Shown here: positions 1 through 10,181 of the stretch, one piece after another
How the letters are laid out: the number at the start of each line of letters is the position of its first letter
How positions within the stretch are numbered: position 1 is the first letter of the stretch
Origin: Candidatus Sericytochromatia bacterium
GTDB lineage: Bacteria; Cyanobacteriota; Sericytochromatia; S15B-MN24; VGJW01
Assembly (NCBI GenBank): GCA_035285865.1
Contig: JAYKHS010000017.1
Coordinates: 57,534 to 121,533, forward strand
Direction: 5' to 3'
Length of the DNA stretch: 64,000 nucleotides
Program-made: the position numbers and the translations under genes
The notes under the pieces: generated by a model
Told to the model about the DNA's origin: nothing
Seen by the model: only the letters and a program-made list of their open reading frames with translations
Database searches by the model: none

Positions 1-665
1 TTGACCGAGGCGTTGATCTTGTTCATCAAGGTAGCCGGGTCGAAGGTGGAAGGTGCCAGCTGGGCCGCGATGCAGACGGCCGTCGTCAAGGAGCTGATGC
101 TGATGGTGCCGCCCGAGAGCGACTCCCAGGTCGAGCCGTTCCAGCGGACCAGCGTCCGGAAGCGCACCACCGGGCTACCGGGCATGTGACCGTTGAGCCC
201 CTTGGATGCCTCGAGGTAGTACGCTCTGCCTGTGTCGGGAATGAAGCCGTTCATCGAGAGGGTGAACTGTCCTCGGCCGTTCGATATGGTGCTGGCTGCC
301 GCCGAATTGCTCTCGGCGTCGATGAGCGAGATGGTGGCGAACGAGACCACTTCGGCGACGGACGCCTGGATCTTGCGGCTGACCTCGGCCGTGACGTCCA
401 CGCCGCCTTCCAGATCGGCAATCTTCTGGGACCGCCATTGCTTCAGGAACTCGGCCGACGTCAGTTGTCCCGGTTGGACGGGCTTTGGAGCCAAGGCAGC
501 CGCCTGGACGTCCGGGGCCTCGCCGGCAGTGGTCGGGTTGCCGGTGTTGACGGGTTCGCCCCGCTGGACCATCTGTTGGCAGCCAAGCACCAGCGCGAGC
601 GCACCGGCGACGGCCACCCGCAGGATGCGCGCTGCGCCGTGGGTCGCCTTGGAGGAGTCGTTCAC
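1..665 (-). CDS. Lipoprotein, paralog of 692..1753 (3'-partial, runs off window; absent from ORF track)
   Basis: Manual translation from GTG at 665 (RBS AGGAG upstream): MNDSSKATHGAARILRVAVAGALALVLGC (lipobox)...FATISLIDAESNSAAASTISNGRGQF...YYLEASKGLNGHMPGSPVVRFRT, open to position 1; aligns with the neighbouring protein. Confidence 0.85.
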   Translation of the reverse strand, partial: MNDSSKATHGAARILRVAVAGALALVLGCQQMVQRGEPVNTGNPTTAGEAPDVQAAALAPKPVQPGQLTSAEFLKQWRSQKIADLEGGVDVTAEVSRKIQASVAEVVSFATISLIDAESNSAAASTISNGRGQFTLSMNGFIPDTGRAYYLEASKGLNGHMPGSPVVRFRTLVRWNGSTWESLSGGTISISSLTTAVCIAAQLAPSTFDPATLMNKINASV

Positions 666-691
666 GATGCGGTCTCCTGATTCCTGGGTGG

Positions 692-1753
692 TCAAGGTTC
701 GAAAGCCCCGCCTACGGCGGAAGGCACGTTGCCGGACAGTTGGCCGCCGGGAAGCCGGCTGCCGTCTCCGGTCGGCGTGTTCTGACCGCTCACGGGAGGG
801 ATGATGTTGATGCTCATGGTCGCGTTGCCAGACGCGTTTATGGCGGAAAGGGTCCCCGAGGTGGCTCCGACCGGCACGCGCACCTTGATGCCATTGGCGA
901 CGGTTTCCAGCACTGGAGTCACCAGCGTGCCGAACTTGACTGTCGTCTGGAAGCCGTTTTCCTGCAACTTGGTGCCCAGCAGCGTCACGATGCCGCCTTC
1001 GGGCGCCGGGTTGGGGGACATGGCCAGCAGGCGCAGCTCGTTGATGGCCGAGGCCGCGCCACCCTTGAGCTTGTAGACGCCGGCGTCAAGGATGATCGCT
1101 TCCACCGGGTCCCGGTCTTCGCCCATGGCCTGTCGCGCCAAGGCATTGACCGTGTCGTACTTCGCCTGCGTGACGCCGATGTCGGGGTTCGGGACCAGGA
1201 TCAGGTTGTAGCCGTCGTCCAGGAAGATGTCGATCAGCAGCCGACCGTCGATTCCCTCGAAGCCCGCGATGATGGAAAGGGCCGTCGTGCCGGGGGTGAT
1301 GGCGAGCGCGCCCTGGCTCATGGAGTAGAAGCCTGTGCTTGCCTTCAGGAAGACGGTTCTTACGCGGACGGCAGCCACCCCGGGTGCATTCGAGGAAAGC
1401 CCTTTCACGGCCTCGAGGATGTAGGGCGTTTCGAGGGCCAGCTTGTTGGTGACCTCCGCGGTGAAGTTGAATTCGCCCTGACTGTTCGTCAGCGTGGTGG
1501 CAATCGTTTCGCTGGACCCCATGTCGATGATGGACACGGTGGCGGCCAGTGCCACGTCGCGGATGCCGTATGCCTGAGCTTGTCGCTCCTGAGGGAATCG
1601 AACCTGCCCTGACAAGGCTGTAGAGGCCATGTGGTCACGATCGTTCGCGGATGCTGGCCCGACCGTGGCGCAGGCCGGTTGCAGGAGCGACAGCATCAAC
1701 ACCGCCACCATCGCCAGCATGCGCTGGACGGGGGGCGGGCGAACAGGGGTCAT
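692..1753 (-). CDS. Surface lipoprotein with C-terminal IPT/TIG-like domain
   Basis: Signal peptide ending in Cys (LLQPAC); 'MSPNPAPEGGIVTLLG...VKFG...IKVRVPVGATSG' is IPT/TIG-like. Confidence 0.75.
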   Translation of the reverse strand: MTPVRPPPVQRMLAMVAVLMLSLLQPACATVGPASANDRDHMASTALSGQVRFPQERQAQAYGIRDVALAATVSIIDMGSSETIATTLTNSQGEFNFTAEVTNKLALETPYILEAVKGLSSNAPGVAAVRVRTVFLKASTGFYSMSQGALAITPGTTALSIIAGFEGIDGRLLIDIFLDDGYNLILVPNPDIGVTQAKYDTVNALARQAMGEDRDPVEAIILDAGVYKLKGGAASAINELRLLAMSPNPAPEGGIVTLLGTKLQENGFQTTVKFGTLVTPVLETVANGIKVRVPVGATSGTLSAINASGNATMSINIIPPVSGQNTPTGDGSRLPGGQLSGNVPSAVGGAFEP

Positions 1754-1813
1754 GTTGTAACCGTACCCCCCATGCTGAAATTGTTTCAGTATTTCTCCGA
1801 CTGCTTGGAGAGA

Positions 1814-2809
1814 TCAGGTCGCGGGCGGCGTGCGCGTTCCCATGATCTGGCCGATGCCTCCGAGCGCGCCCAGCATGGCCGTGGCTTCGTAGGGCATGTA
1901 GATGGTCTTGGTGTCGCTGCCGGCGTTCAGTTCGCGGAAGGCGTCGATGTACCGGATGGCCAGCAGGTAGCTGGCAGGATCGCCGCCGGCCACGCGTACG
2001 GCTTCGGCGATGCGCAGGATGGCCTGGCCCTCTGCCTCGGCGACGCGCAATCTGGCCTGCGCCTCGGCTTCGGCGGCCATGATGCGCGCCTGCTTGTCGC
2101 CTTCCGCCTGGTTGATCTGGGCGTCCTTGATGCCTTCGGATTCGAGGATGCGGGCACTCTTCTGGCCTTCGGCCTCGAGAATGGCCGCACGACGGTCCCG
2201 TTCGGCGCGCATCTGCTTCTCCATCGCGCCCTTGATCTCGAGGGGGGGCGTGATGTCCTGAAGTTCGACCCGGGTGACCTTGATGCCCCACTTGTGGGTG
2301 GCTTGGTCCAGGATCGAGCGCAGCTTGCTGTTGATCGTGTCGCGGCTCGTCAGCGTCTCGTCGAGGTCCAGTTCGCCGATGACGTTGCGCAGCGAGGTCT
2401 GCGTCAGCTTCTCGATGGCGTCGGGGAGATTGGCAATCTCGTAGATGACCTTGACGGGTTCCGTGACCTGGAAATAGAGGAGGGCACTGATGTCCACGAC
2501 GACGTTGTCCCGGGTGATGACGTTCTGGCGGGGAAAGTCGAAGACCGTCTCGCGCAGGTCGATGCGCAGGACCCGCTGCTGGATCGTGGTTTGCTTGCCC
2601 TTGCCCGTCTCGACGTTGTAGCGCCACTCGACTTCGCGCGGGATGTCGATGATCGGCCAGATGATGTTGGGACCCGAGCTCAGCGTGCGGTGGTAGGAGC
2701 CGAGACGTTCCACCACGATGGCCTCGCTTTGCTTGACGATGATGATCGCCTTGCTGATGAGGGCGATGGCCAGCAAGGCCAACAGGATCAGGGGCAACAT
2801 GCTTTCCAA
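1814..2809 (-). CDS. SPFH/band 7 (stomatin-like, QmcA-type) protein
   Basis: VVERLG, VITRDNV, LRNVIGELDLDETLTSRD, AMEKQMRAERDRRA motifs; adjacent to NfeD. Confidence 0.95.
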   Translation of the reverse strand: MESMLPLILLALLAIALISKAIIIVKQSEAIVVERLGSYHRTLSSGPNIIWPIIDIPREVEWRYNVETGKGKQTTIQQRVLRIDLRETVFDFPRQNVITRDNVVVDISALLYFQVTEPVKVIYEIANLPDAIEKLTQTSLRNVIGELDLDETLTSRDTINSKLRSILDQATHKWGIKVTRVELQDITPPLEIKGAMEKQMRAERDRRAAILEAEGQKSARILESEGIKDAQINQAEGDKQARIMAAEAEAQARLRVAEAEGQAILRIAEAVRVAGGDPASYLLAIRYIDAFRELNAGSDTKTIYMPYEATAMLGALGGIGQIMGTRTPPAT

Positions 2810-2825
2810 GACAAAGGCTCCTTCC

Positions 2826-3299
2826 CTATGGGGTGGCGAGAGTTGCCGTCGGTTCCTCCGACGGACAGACGGTCAGTTTGCTGCCATCGACGGCCAGGAC
2901 CACGATGCGGACGTCCGCATCGATGGGCTCGCCGTTCGCCGAGATGGCCCACCAATCTTCTCCGCCGACCTGGACGCGTCCTTCGTCGACTTCGGGGCGG
3001 ATGGGGACGACAACCCGGCCTTCCTTGCCGATGATGGCGGCCACGTTGGTGAGCACCTCGCCCGGGGGGCCAAGCATCCGCAGCAGGAAGGGACGCAGGG
3101 CAGCCATCGACAGCACGCTTGCGACGGAAAAGGCAATCAGGGCTTCCGTCCCTGCGTCGCCGAGGGCAATGGATCCGGCGGCCGCAAGGGCACCGATGGC
3201 GAGGCACGCGAGGAAGAATGTCGTGGTCAGGACTTCCGCAAGCAGCAGGACCACGGCGAGGGCAAGCCACGCCTGAGCGTTGTGCAGCCAATCGATCAT
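2826..3299 (-). CDS. NfeD family membrane protein
   Basis: N-terminal TM helices plus OB-fold 'IGKEGRVV...GRVQVGGEDWWA'; canonical pairing with SPFH. Confidence 0.92.
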   Translation of the reverse strand: MIDWLHNAQAWLALAVVLLLAEVLTTTFFLACLAIGALAAAGSIALGDAGTEALIAFSVASVLSMAALRPFLLRMLGPPGEVLTNVAAIIGKEGRVVVPIRPEVDEGRVQVGGEDWWAISANGEPIDADVRIVVLAVDGSKLTVCPSEEPTATLATP

Positions 3300-3452
3300 C
3301 GCGCGGTCGCCTTCATGAATCGGAACATACCCTGCAGTCGCTCAAGGGGAACCTCGGGCCAAGGATATTTTAAACGCGTGTGAAATCAATCTTTGGCATG
3401 CGTGAAGTCGACGATGGTCTCCATGTACCCACATGACATCCGGGAGGTCGCC

Positions 3453-4088
3453 ATGCAGGTCCGCATCGCCAAGGGAGACACGCTCTACAGTCTGGCCCGT
3501 CGTCATGGCACGACGGTCGAACAGTTGCGGGCTGCCAATCCGCAGATTCGGAACCACCACCTCATCCATGCGGGCGACGTACTGAACCTGAGGACGGTGC
3601 CGGGGGTAGCCGGGGCCACGCCGCGGGTTCGGTCCGCAGCCGCTGCAACTGCCGCTGCGTCCGGACAGGCAGCACCCTCTTCGCGTCCGCCCGCGGGCCT
3701 GCGCCCGGCCGTGCGGCGCTGGTGGCCGATGATCGAGAAGGCCGCCCGGGCCACCGGCGTCTCCCCGAAGGTGCTCGGGGCCCTGGTCCAGGCGGAGTCC
3801 GAGGGCAATCCCGGTGCGCGCTCGAGCGTGGGCGCCCGGGGCTTGACGCAACTCATGCCGGCCACCGCCCGATCCGTCGGGGTGACGAACATCCGCGATC
3901 CCTGGCAGCAGCTGCTGGGAGGCGCCCGCTACCTGAAGCAGCAGCTGGATACTTTCGGCGGGGACCTTCGCAAGGCGCTTGCTGCCTACAACGCCGGGCC
4001 CGGTGCGGTTCGCGAGCATCGGGGCGTTCCCCCTTATGCCGAGACCAGACAGTATATCCGCAAGATCATGACCACGTTGCAAGCCTGA
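3453..4088 (+). CDS. LysM + SLT lytic transglycosylase
   Basis: GDTLYSLARRHG...N...I..G LysM; AES, GLTQLMP, ALAAYNAG, ETRQY SLT motifs; RBS GGAGG before ATG 3453. Confidence 0.93.
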   Translation: MQVRIAKGDTLYSLARRHGTTVEQLRAANPQIRNHHLIHAGDVLNLRTVPGVAGATPRVRSAAAATAAASGQAAPSSRPPAGLRPAVRRWWPMIEKAARATGVSPKVLGALVQAESEGNPGARSSVGARGLTQLMPATARSVGVTNIRDPWQQLLGGARYLKQQLDTFGGDLRKALAAYNAGPGAVREHRGVPPYAETRQYIRKIMTTLQA

Positions 4089-4150
4089 AGCAGCAAGAAA
4101 ATCCTTGAACTGGTGATAATCTTTCTGGCTGGTTCTTAACCTCCTGGAAG

Positions 4151-5245
4151 GTGGTCCCCGTGATTCGCTTGTCGTCTCGCTTCCTGCTGTTGGCGGCTGC
4201 CCTGTCGGTGACGGCCTGCGGAGCCTTGGCGCCTTCTGTCCGGACGACCTCCGCAACCGTCGAGGCGGCGGCCCGGGCGCGCGACACCCGCCTGCTGGTC
4301 TGGCCCGAGGCGGGCGTGGCACCGATCCTCGAGGCCATTGCCTCGGCCCGCCGGACCTTGGACGTGCAGGTCTACATCCTGTCGAACGACGACATCATCA
4401 AGGCACTCGCTGCGGCTGCCGACCGGGGCGTCAGGGTGCGCGTGATGCTGGATCCCGCACCTTACAATCCCTCCAACCCCAATAGCCCCCTGCCCATCAA
4501 CAAGGAAACGCTCAAGAAACTCACGGGCAGCAAAGTCATGCTGGCGTGGACCGATCCGAGTTTTCGTTTCACCCACAGCAAGTTCATGATCGTGGACCGC
4601 GCCAAGGCATGGATCCTGACCGCCAACATGTCCAAGTCGGGCATGACGCGCAACCGCGAGTTCGGCGTTGTCGACACCCGACCGGAGGACGTTCGGGACA
4701 TGAACGCGCTCTTCGATGCGGACTGGGCGCACAAGCCCTGGGCGCCGACCTCTCCCCGCCTCGTCGTCAGTCCGGTGAACGCCGAGGCCCGCCTGCAGGA
4801 CCTGATTAGCAGCGCACGGCAGGCCATCGAGGTCTACGACGAAGTCATGTATGACGAGGCCACCTTTGCTGCTCTGGGCGAGCGGGCCAAGGCCGGCGTG
4901 AAGGTCCGGGTGCTGATGGGCGATCCGGAGCACATCCCGGGCAACGCCTCGGCGGCCGCCCGCTTGAAGGAGATGGGCATCGAGTCTCGCTGGATTGCCG
5001 AACCGGTCATCCACGCCAAGATGGTCTCGGCAGACAACCGGTTCTACGTCGGGTCCGTCAATCTGACGACCAACTCGATCAAGAACAACCGCGAAGTCGG
5101 CCTGATCCTGGACGAGGCGGATCTGCTCGGCTCGGTCCGCGGAACCTTCGAGAAGGACTGGGCGGCGTCCACCGCATTCGCGCCCGTGCCTCCCACGACT
5201 GCATGGACGTGGATGCCGCCCGGAGTGTCCTGGATCAGCGACTGA
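4151..5245 (+). CDS. Phospholipase D superfamily lipoprotein (two HKD motifs)
   Basis: HSKFMIVD and HAKMVSAD; lipobox VTAC; start may be GTG 4160. Confidence 0.9.
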   Translation: MVPVIRLSSRFLLLAAALSVTACGALAPSVRTTSATVEAAARARDTRLLVWPEAGVAPILEAIASARRTLDVQVYILSNDDIIKALAAAADRGVRVRVMLDPAPYNPSNPNSPLPINKETLKKLTGSKVMLAWTDPSFRFTHSKFMIVDRAKAWILTANMSKSGMTRNREFGVVDTRPEDVRDMNALFDADWAHKPWAPTSPRLVVSPVNAEARLQDLISSARQAIEVYDEVMYDEATFAALGERAKAGVKVRVLMGDPEHIPGNASAAARLKEMGIESRWIAEPVIHAKMVSADNRFYVGSVNLTTNSIKNNREVGLILDEADLLGSVRGTFEKDWAASTAFAPVPPTTAWTWMPPGVSWISD

Positions 5246-5303
5246 AGATACTAGCGCCCGCCCTGCAACGCAGGACGGGCGCTGACGTCTTGGAAGGTTA
5301 CCG

Positions 5304-6719
5304 TCAGAGGCCGCCCAGGTTGCCGGACACCGTCGCAAAGGCCTTCTGGTCGGCTTCTGTGACGACGTTGTCGCGGGCCTCCTGCAGCGCGCCCTTGTCC
5401 GTGGTCCAGAACGTGCCGCCGCCGATGGCCTTGTAGAGGTTCTCGCGGACGCCCTCGGACGTGGCTTCCGAGGCTGCCTTCACATTGGCAGCGAAGGCCG
5501 TCTGGCCGCGGGCCGTCGCGATGCCGGCGACCGCCTCGGCGTCGGCCGGATTGCGAATCTCCTTGACGGCATCCCGCAGATCCTTGGCCGTGTTGCGGTT
5601 GTCCTCGACGGCCTGCATCAGTTCGTCCCGGACATCCTTGGAGAGGGCGGGGTTGGCGAGCGTGTCCAGCATGCCGGCCAAGGCGGGCTGATCCTTGCGG
5701 ATCTGGTCGGCCAACGCCTTGAACTGCTCGGGCTTGCCGGGGTCCAGCTCGCGGACGGCAGTCTTCACGGCATCCCCGTCTCCTGCCTTGACCTTGAGGC
5801 TCTCGGCCAGCTTGCCCGCCGCATCCTTGTCGAGGACACCCTTGAGTTCCTCGGCCAGATCGTAGTTACCGCTGCGGTTGGCGATGCCCAGCATGTCGTC
5901 CGCCAGCTTGATGGCGTCCTGAGTCGCTTTCAGGCGGTCCTTGGCCGGCTTGGTCTCGTCGTTGGCCACCTTCATCAGGCCGTCGACCTGCGCCTTGACC
6001 GAGTCAAGCACCTGCTTCTGCTCGGTCAGCGTCCATTTGCCGGCTACGCTGGGCTTCTTGAGCGCCGCGTCGACCAAAGCATCGCCCGGTAGACAAACTT
6101 TGGGCTCTTCCTTCTCCTCGGGCTTTTTCGGGTCTTCGCCGGAGACAGGGGGCTTGGGTGCGTCACCAGTGGCAGGTGGCTTATCGGCAGGCTTGTCGGC
6201 AGGCTTCTCGGCGGGCTTGTCCGCGGGGGCGCTGCCCTTCTTGGCGGGCAGCTTTATGCTGTCACCGGGATAGATGAGGCCGCCCGAGGCGGAACGGCGC
6301 TTGCCCGAAGCATCCTTGCCATCTTTGAAGAGGTCAGGGTTCAGTTGCTTCAGGTCTGCCAAGGAAACGCCGTTGGCCTTGGCAATGGCGCCGAGGGTGT
6401 CTCCCTGCTTGACGGTGTAGGAGGCTCCGGCTTCCTGCGTTGTGGATGAGGTGGCCTCGCTGGCTTGGCTGGTCTGATTGGTCTGGTTTGCCCGGGACCG
6501 GTTCAGCAGGCGTTGGACTTCGTTGTCTGTCTCTTGCTTGGCCGTCTTTGCCAGATCCTGAGTCTTGGCGCCACCCGTGGACGTCTCGTCCTGACGGGCC
6601 TTCACCTCCTGCTCGGCGGGCTTGGTTGCTCCGCCGCCTTCGGCCTTGGGGCGGCTCTGAACCGGGGCAGAGATGGAGACAGTGCCGGTACCGAAGCTGG
6701 GGACATTCGACATGGACAT
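5304..6719 (-). CDS. LysM-domain protein with long helical C-terminus
   Basis: YTVKQGDTLGAIAKANGVS...LNP...IYPGD; PADK-type linker repeats. Confidence 0.8.
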   Translation of the reverse strand: MSMSNVPSFGTGTVSISAPVQSRPKAEGGGATKPAEQEVKARQDETSTGGAKTQDLAKTAKQETDNEVQRLLNRSRANQTNQTSQASEATSSTTQEAGASYTVKQGDTLGAIAKANGVSLADLKQLNPDLFKDGKDASGKRRSASGGLIYPGDSIKLPAKKGSAPADKPAEKPADKPADKPPATGDAPKPPVSGEDPKKPEEKEEPKVCLPGDALVDAALKKPSVAGKWTLTEQKQVLDSVKAQVDGLMKVANDETKPAKDRLKATQDAIKLADDMLGIANRSGNYDLAEELKGVLDKDAAGKLAESLKVKAGDGDAVKTAVRELDPGKPEQFKALADQIRKDQPALAGMLDTLANPALSKDVRDELMQAVEDNRNTAKDLRDAVKEIRNPADAEAVAGIATARGQTAFAANVKAASEATSEGVRENLYKAIGGGTFWTTDKGALQEARDNVVTEADQKAFATVSGNLGGL

Positions 6720-6831
6720 CAGACCTCGAAAACTGGAACAGCCCGGACGGGGCCTGCCTTCAACTTACCCAGCAGCCAGCCGCCACCTAACGTTCCGGGA
6801 CATGGCACCCTTCACCGGGTAGAAAAGAGGC

Positions 6832-7566
6832 ATGGCACAGGAAGACGCCTCACAGAAGAAGGGCTTGCTCGGTCGATTGCTGGGCTTGGCGGGCGCTCCC
6901 AAGCCTCAGCCCGAGGCATCGCCGCAACCTGTCGTCCAGAGGCCGGGCACGGGGCCGGTCCGCTCTGGCACGGACGTCTTCAAGCCCTCGGCGCAGGCTG
7001 CGGCCGTACCCCGCCCAAGACCTGCAGCACCTGCGACTCAGCAGCTGGTGGTCCCGCAGGCGCCCAAGCCCCAGATGGGTACCGGCAACGTCTTTCCGGG
7101 CGATGGCCTGCCGCCGGACGAGGCGTCGGAGGAGCGTCTGGCGTTCCTCGATGCGTTCTTCGATGATCCGACGGCCAGCCGTCTCTTTCAGGACGCCACC
7201 TACATGTACAAGGTGGTTTCCGACGAACGGAACCATCAGGTCTCCGTGATCCTCTTGCAGACCGAGGCCCTGCGCTCCCTCGAGGAGTCGATGGATCCCG
7301 AGGAGTTGGCGGATGAGCCCGTGCCCATTCCGGCCTTGCCGCCCGGTCCGGATGGCGAACCGTTGCCGGAGGTGCTCGCCGCGTTGGCCCTGCAGGAGCG
7401 TCGTTCGGCGCGCGTGGCCGAGCGCGAGCGCCTGCGTGACGAGCGCGATCAGGCGCAGGCGCGGGTCAATCTGCTCTTTCGCCTGATGAAGGAACTGACG
7501 GGCAAGAAGGGCCGCACGGGGGGCACCGGGTTCCTTGCCGGCCCGCCTCAGGAGAGCCAGCCGTGA
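6832..7566 (+). CDS. Hypothetical protein (Pro-rich N-terminus, coiled C-terminus)
   Basis: GC-typical codon usage; stop overlaps next start. Confidence 0.7.
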   Translation: MAQEDASQKKGLLGRLLGLAGAPKPQPEASPQPVVQRPGTGPVRSGTDVFKPSAQAAAVPRPRPAAPATQQLVVPQAPKPQMGTGNVFPGDGLPPDEASEERLAFLDAFFDDPTASRLFQDATYMYKVVSDERNHQVSVILLQTEALRSLEESMDPEELADEPVPIPALPPGPDGEPLPEVLAALALQERRSARVAERERLRDERDQAQARVNLLFRLMKELTGKKGRTGGTGFLAGPPQESQP

Positions 7567-8120
7567 GGGGACTTCACACGCGGCTCCCTAAGGCCACTTG
7601 CGCCGGGTTTGCCTTCGGCATCGGCCTGGCGCTCACGGTCGCGGGACCGGCCCGCGCCGAGGAGGCTGCACCCCCGGCGTCGTCCTTGCCTGCGTCGCTG
7701 CCGCCTGACCTCGTCCTGCTGGGTCAGCAGCAGCAGGCCATGGCGCTTACGGCCGGCTGGGGCATCGCCTCGATGGCGACGGGCGCCAGTCTGCTGGTGC
7801 GGCCGACCGATGCCTGGACCCGCGCCTTCGCCACCCAGCAGGTGGTCTGGGGCCTCATCGACGCGGGCATCGGTGCCTGGGCGTGGGACGACTTCGCGAA
7901 GCGCCGGGCCATGCCCGCCGATCCGGGCCAGCGCGGCTGGTTGCATGGCTTGTATGGGATCAACGCGGCGCTCGACCTGGGCTACATGGCGGTGGGTCTG
8001 GCGCTCATGGCCCAACCCGACGACAACCTGCGCGGCCACGGGGCCGGGGTGCTGCTCCAGGGGGCGTGGCTTGCGATCTTCGACGGCGCCAATGCCTGGC
8101 TGACGCGTCAGGAACGCTGA
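7563..8120 (+). CDS. Hypothetical membrane protein with signal peptide
   Basis: AxA signal site, about 4 hydrophobic helices; GTGA overlap with upstream gene. Confidence 0.7.
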   Translation: MRGLHTRLPKATCAGFAFGIGLALTVAGPARAEEAAPPASSLPASLPPDLVLLGQQQQAMALTAGWGIASMATGASLLVRPTDAWTRAFATQQVVWGLIDAGIGAWAWDDFAKRRAMPADPGQRGWLHGLYGINAALDLGYMAVGLALMAQPDDNLRGHGAGVLLQGAWLAIFDGANAWLTRQER

Positions 8121-8129
8121 GTCTGCCGA

Positions 8130-8408
8130 CTACTTCGACTCGACCACGTAGCCCATGTTGGTCTGGATGTACTTGCCCTGCGCGTAGAAGTAGACGTAGC
8201 TGCCCTGGCCGTCCTCGGCGCGGGTGACCTTGCTGCGGCCGATGTCGTAGGTCTTCACCGGTTCACCGCCCATGCTGAAAATGGTCACGGTCTTGGGCGA
8301 GGCGTCCCATTCGCGGGAGAACTGGTTCAGCTTTTCACTGACCTTCGAGCATCCGGGCAGGCCGGCCACCAGGAGAAGCAGGGAGGCGACGGGGACGATG
8401 GCTTTCAT
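8130..8408 (-). CDS. Small lipoprotein
   Basis: MKAIVPVASLLLLVAGLPGC lipobox; GAGG upstream; real start lies inside the longer track ORF. Confidence 0.75.
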   Translation of the reverse strand: MKAIVPVASLLLLVAGLPGCSKVSEKLNQFSREWDASPKTVTIFSMGGEPVKTYDIGRSKVTRAEDGQGSYVYFYAQGKYIQTNMGYVVESK

Positions 8409-8504
8409 GCGGCAACCTCGATCACGGGGGGACGCGGTCATGGTGGCATGGCCCGGGCCCGGGCGTAAGATGGACCGTCGGGACCCGATACGGGAGGAAT
8501 CACG

Positions 8505-8810
8505 ATGCCTGAACGCGACACGCTCGACCATGTGGCCATCCGGGTTGATGACGTGGCCCGGGCCGTGGCCTGGTACCGCGAGACCTTCTCGGTCGACGTG
8601 ACCTATCAGGACGAAACGTGGGCGCTGCTGTCCTTCGCCAACATCCGTCTCGCCCTGGTGGTGCCCGACCAGCATCCTCCGCATCTTGCCGTCGTCCGAC
8701 CGGATGCGGAGGCCTTCGGTCCCCTCAAGACCCATCGCGACGGCACGGCATCGGTCTACATCAAGGATTCCGAGGACAACGTCCTCGAGATCATGGCGCC
8801 CTACGCCTGA
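8505..8810 (+). CDS. VOC/glyoxalase family protein
   Basis: LDHVAIRV.D...AVAWY; HLA; SVYIKDSEDNVLE; RBS GGAGG. Confidence 0.9.
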   Translation: MPERDTLDHVAIRVDDVARAVAWYRETFSVDVTYQDETWALLSFANIRLALVVPDQHPPHLAVVRPDAEAFGPLKTHRDGTASVYIKDSEDNVLEIMAPYA

Positions 8811-10117
8811 TCGAGGCCCATGGCCGTCCGCGACCGTCTGGCCAGGGCCTGGACGGCCACGATGCTGACGGCGGCACACGCGGCCAGGTACCACGCCACG
8901 GCGTAGCCTGAACCGGTCTTTTCGACCAGCCATGTGGCGACGAGGGGGGCTGGTCCGCCGGCCGTCACCGAGGCCAGCTGGAACCCCAGGGAACAACCGG
9001 CATAGCGCAGGCGCGGCGGAAAGGCCTCGGCAATGAGGGCTGCCTGCGGCCCGAACTGCAGGTCATGGACGGGATTGCCCAAGGCCAGCACGAGGAGGAG
9101 CAGTCCGCCCGTCACCCCGGCACCCAGCGCCCCGAAGTAGAGGAAGCCGTATAGCGCCAGCAGAGAGGCGCCGAGGATGGTCAGGAAGCGCCGGCCCAGC
9201 GTGTCCGACAGCCAACCCGAAAGCGGGATGGTCACCATCGATAGGGTCGCCGACAGCATGACGCCCCCGAGGAGCAGTTCCTTGGGCAGGTGGAGCACCT
9301 TGGTACCGTAGGACAGGACGAAGGTCGTGAAGAGATAGAAGGCCGTCATCTGGCTGGTGCGCACGAGGGCCGTCAGGAGAATCTCGGGCCCGTGCAGCCT
9401 GATGACCTCGAGGACAGGCTGTCGCGCGGTCTCGCCCCGCTCCTTCAGGGCCGCGAAGACAGGCGTCTCCTCGACGCCCACGCGAATCCACAGGCCTACC
9501 GCGATGAGCAGGCCGCTCATCAGAAAAGGCAACCGCCAGCCCCACGCGAGGAAGTCCGCCTCGGGCAGGCGCTGGGCAAGGAAAAGGGCACCGTTGGCCA
9601 GCAGCAGGCCGACGGGCACGCCGAATTGGGGCCACGAGGCCACGAAGCCGCGGCGCTTGTCCTTGGCGGCCCACTCGAGGGCAATCAGGACGGAACCGCC
9701 CCACTCTCCACCGACGCCGATGCCCTGCAGGGTCCGCAGGAGGATCAGCGCTACCGCACCCCACGGGCCGATCTGGGCGTGGGTCGGCAGCAGGCCGATC
9801 GCGACGGTCGCGAGGCCCATCAGCAGCAGGGTCGCGACAAGCGAGGCCTTGCGTCCGATCCGATCCCCGAGGTGGCCGAAGATCGCCGCCCCGGCCGGCC
9901 TCGCGAGGAAGCCGACGAAGAAGGTCCCGAACGCCTGCAGTTGGCCGACGAATTCGGTGCTTCCGGGGAAGAACAGCCCCGGAAAGACAAGCGCTGCCGC
10001 CACGCCGTACAGGAAGAAGTCGTACCATTCGATGGCCGTGCCGACGGCCGAGGCCACCACCGCGCGCATCAACTGCGTTCGGCTGCCGCCCGCAGGGAGA
10101 TCTTCCTGCACGCTCAT
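8801..10117 (-). CDS. MFS transporter, metabolite:H+ symporter (ShiA-like)
   Basis: GTAIEWYDF, GDRIGRK, GGEWGG motifs; 12 TM. Confidence 0.93.
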   Translation of the reverse strand: MSVQEDLPAGGSRTQLMRAVVASAVGTAIEWYDFFLYGVAAALVFPGLFFPGSTEFVGQLQAFGTFFVGFLARPAGAAIFGHLGDRIGRKASLVATLLLMGLATVAIGLLPTHAQIGPWGAVALILLRTLQGIGVGGEWGGSVLIALEWAAKDKRRGFVASWPQFGVPVGLLLANGALFLAQRLPEADFLAWGWRLPFLMSGLLIAVGLWIRVGVEETPVFAALKERGETARQPVLEVIRLHGPEILLTALVRTSQMTAFYLFTTFVLSYGTKVLHLPKELLLGGVMLSATLSMVTIPLSGWLSDTLGRRFLTILGASLLALYGFLYFGALGAGVTGGLLLLVLALGNPVHDLQFGPQAALIAEAFPPRLRYAGCSLGFQLASVTAGGPAPLVATWLVEKTGSGYAVAWYLAACAAVSIVAVQALARRSRTAMGLDQA

Positions 10118-10181
10118 CCGTGAATCCTCCCCGGGGTCGACGGGCAAGGCCTACAGGATACCGCTCCCGGGCGGGACGCGT

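Noticed and set aside
6175..6230. PADK/PAEK tandem repeat in the LysM protein
   Set aside because: Ordinary low-complexity linker
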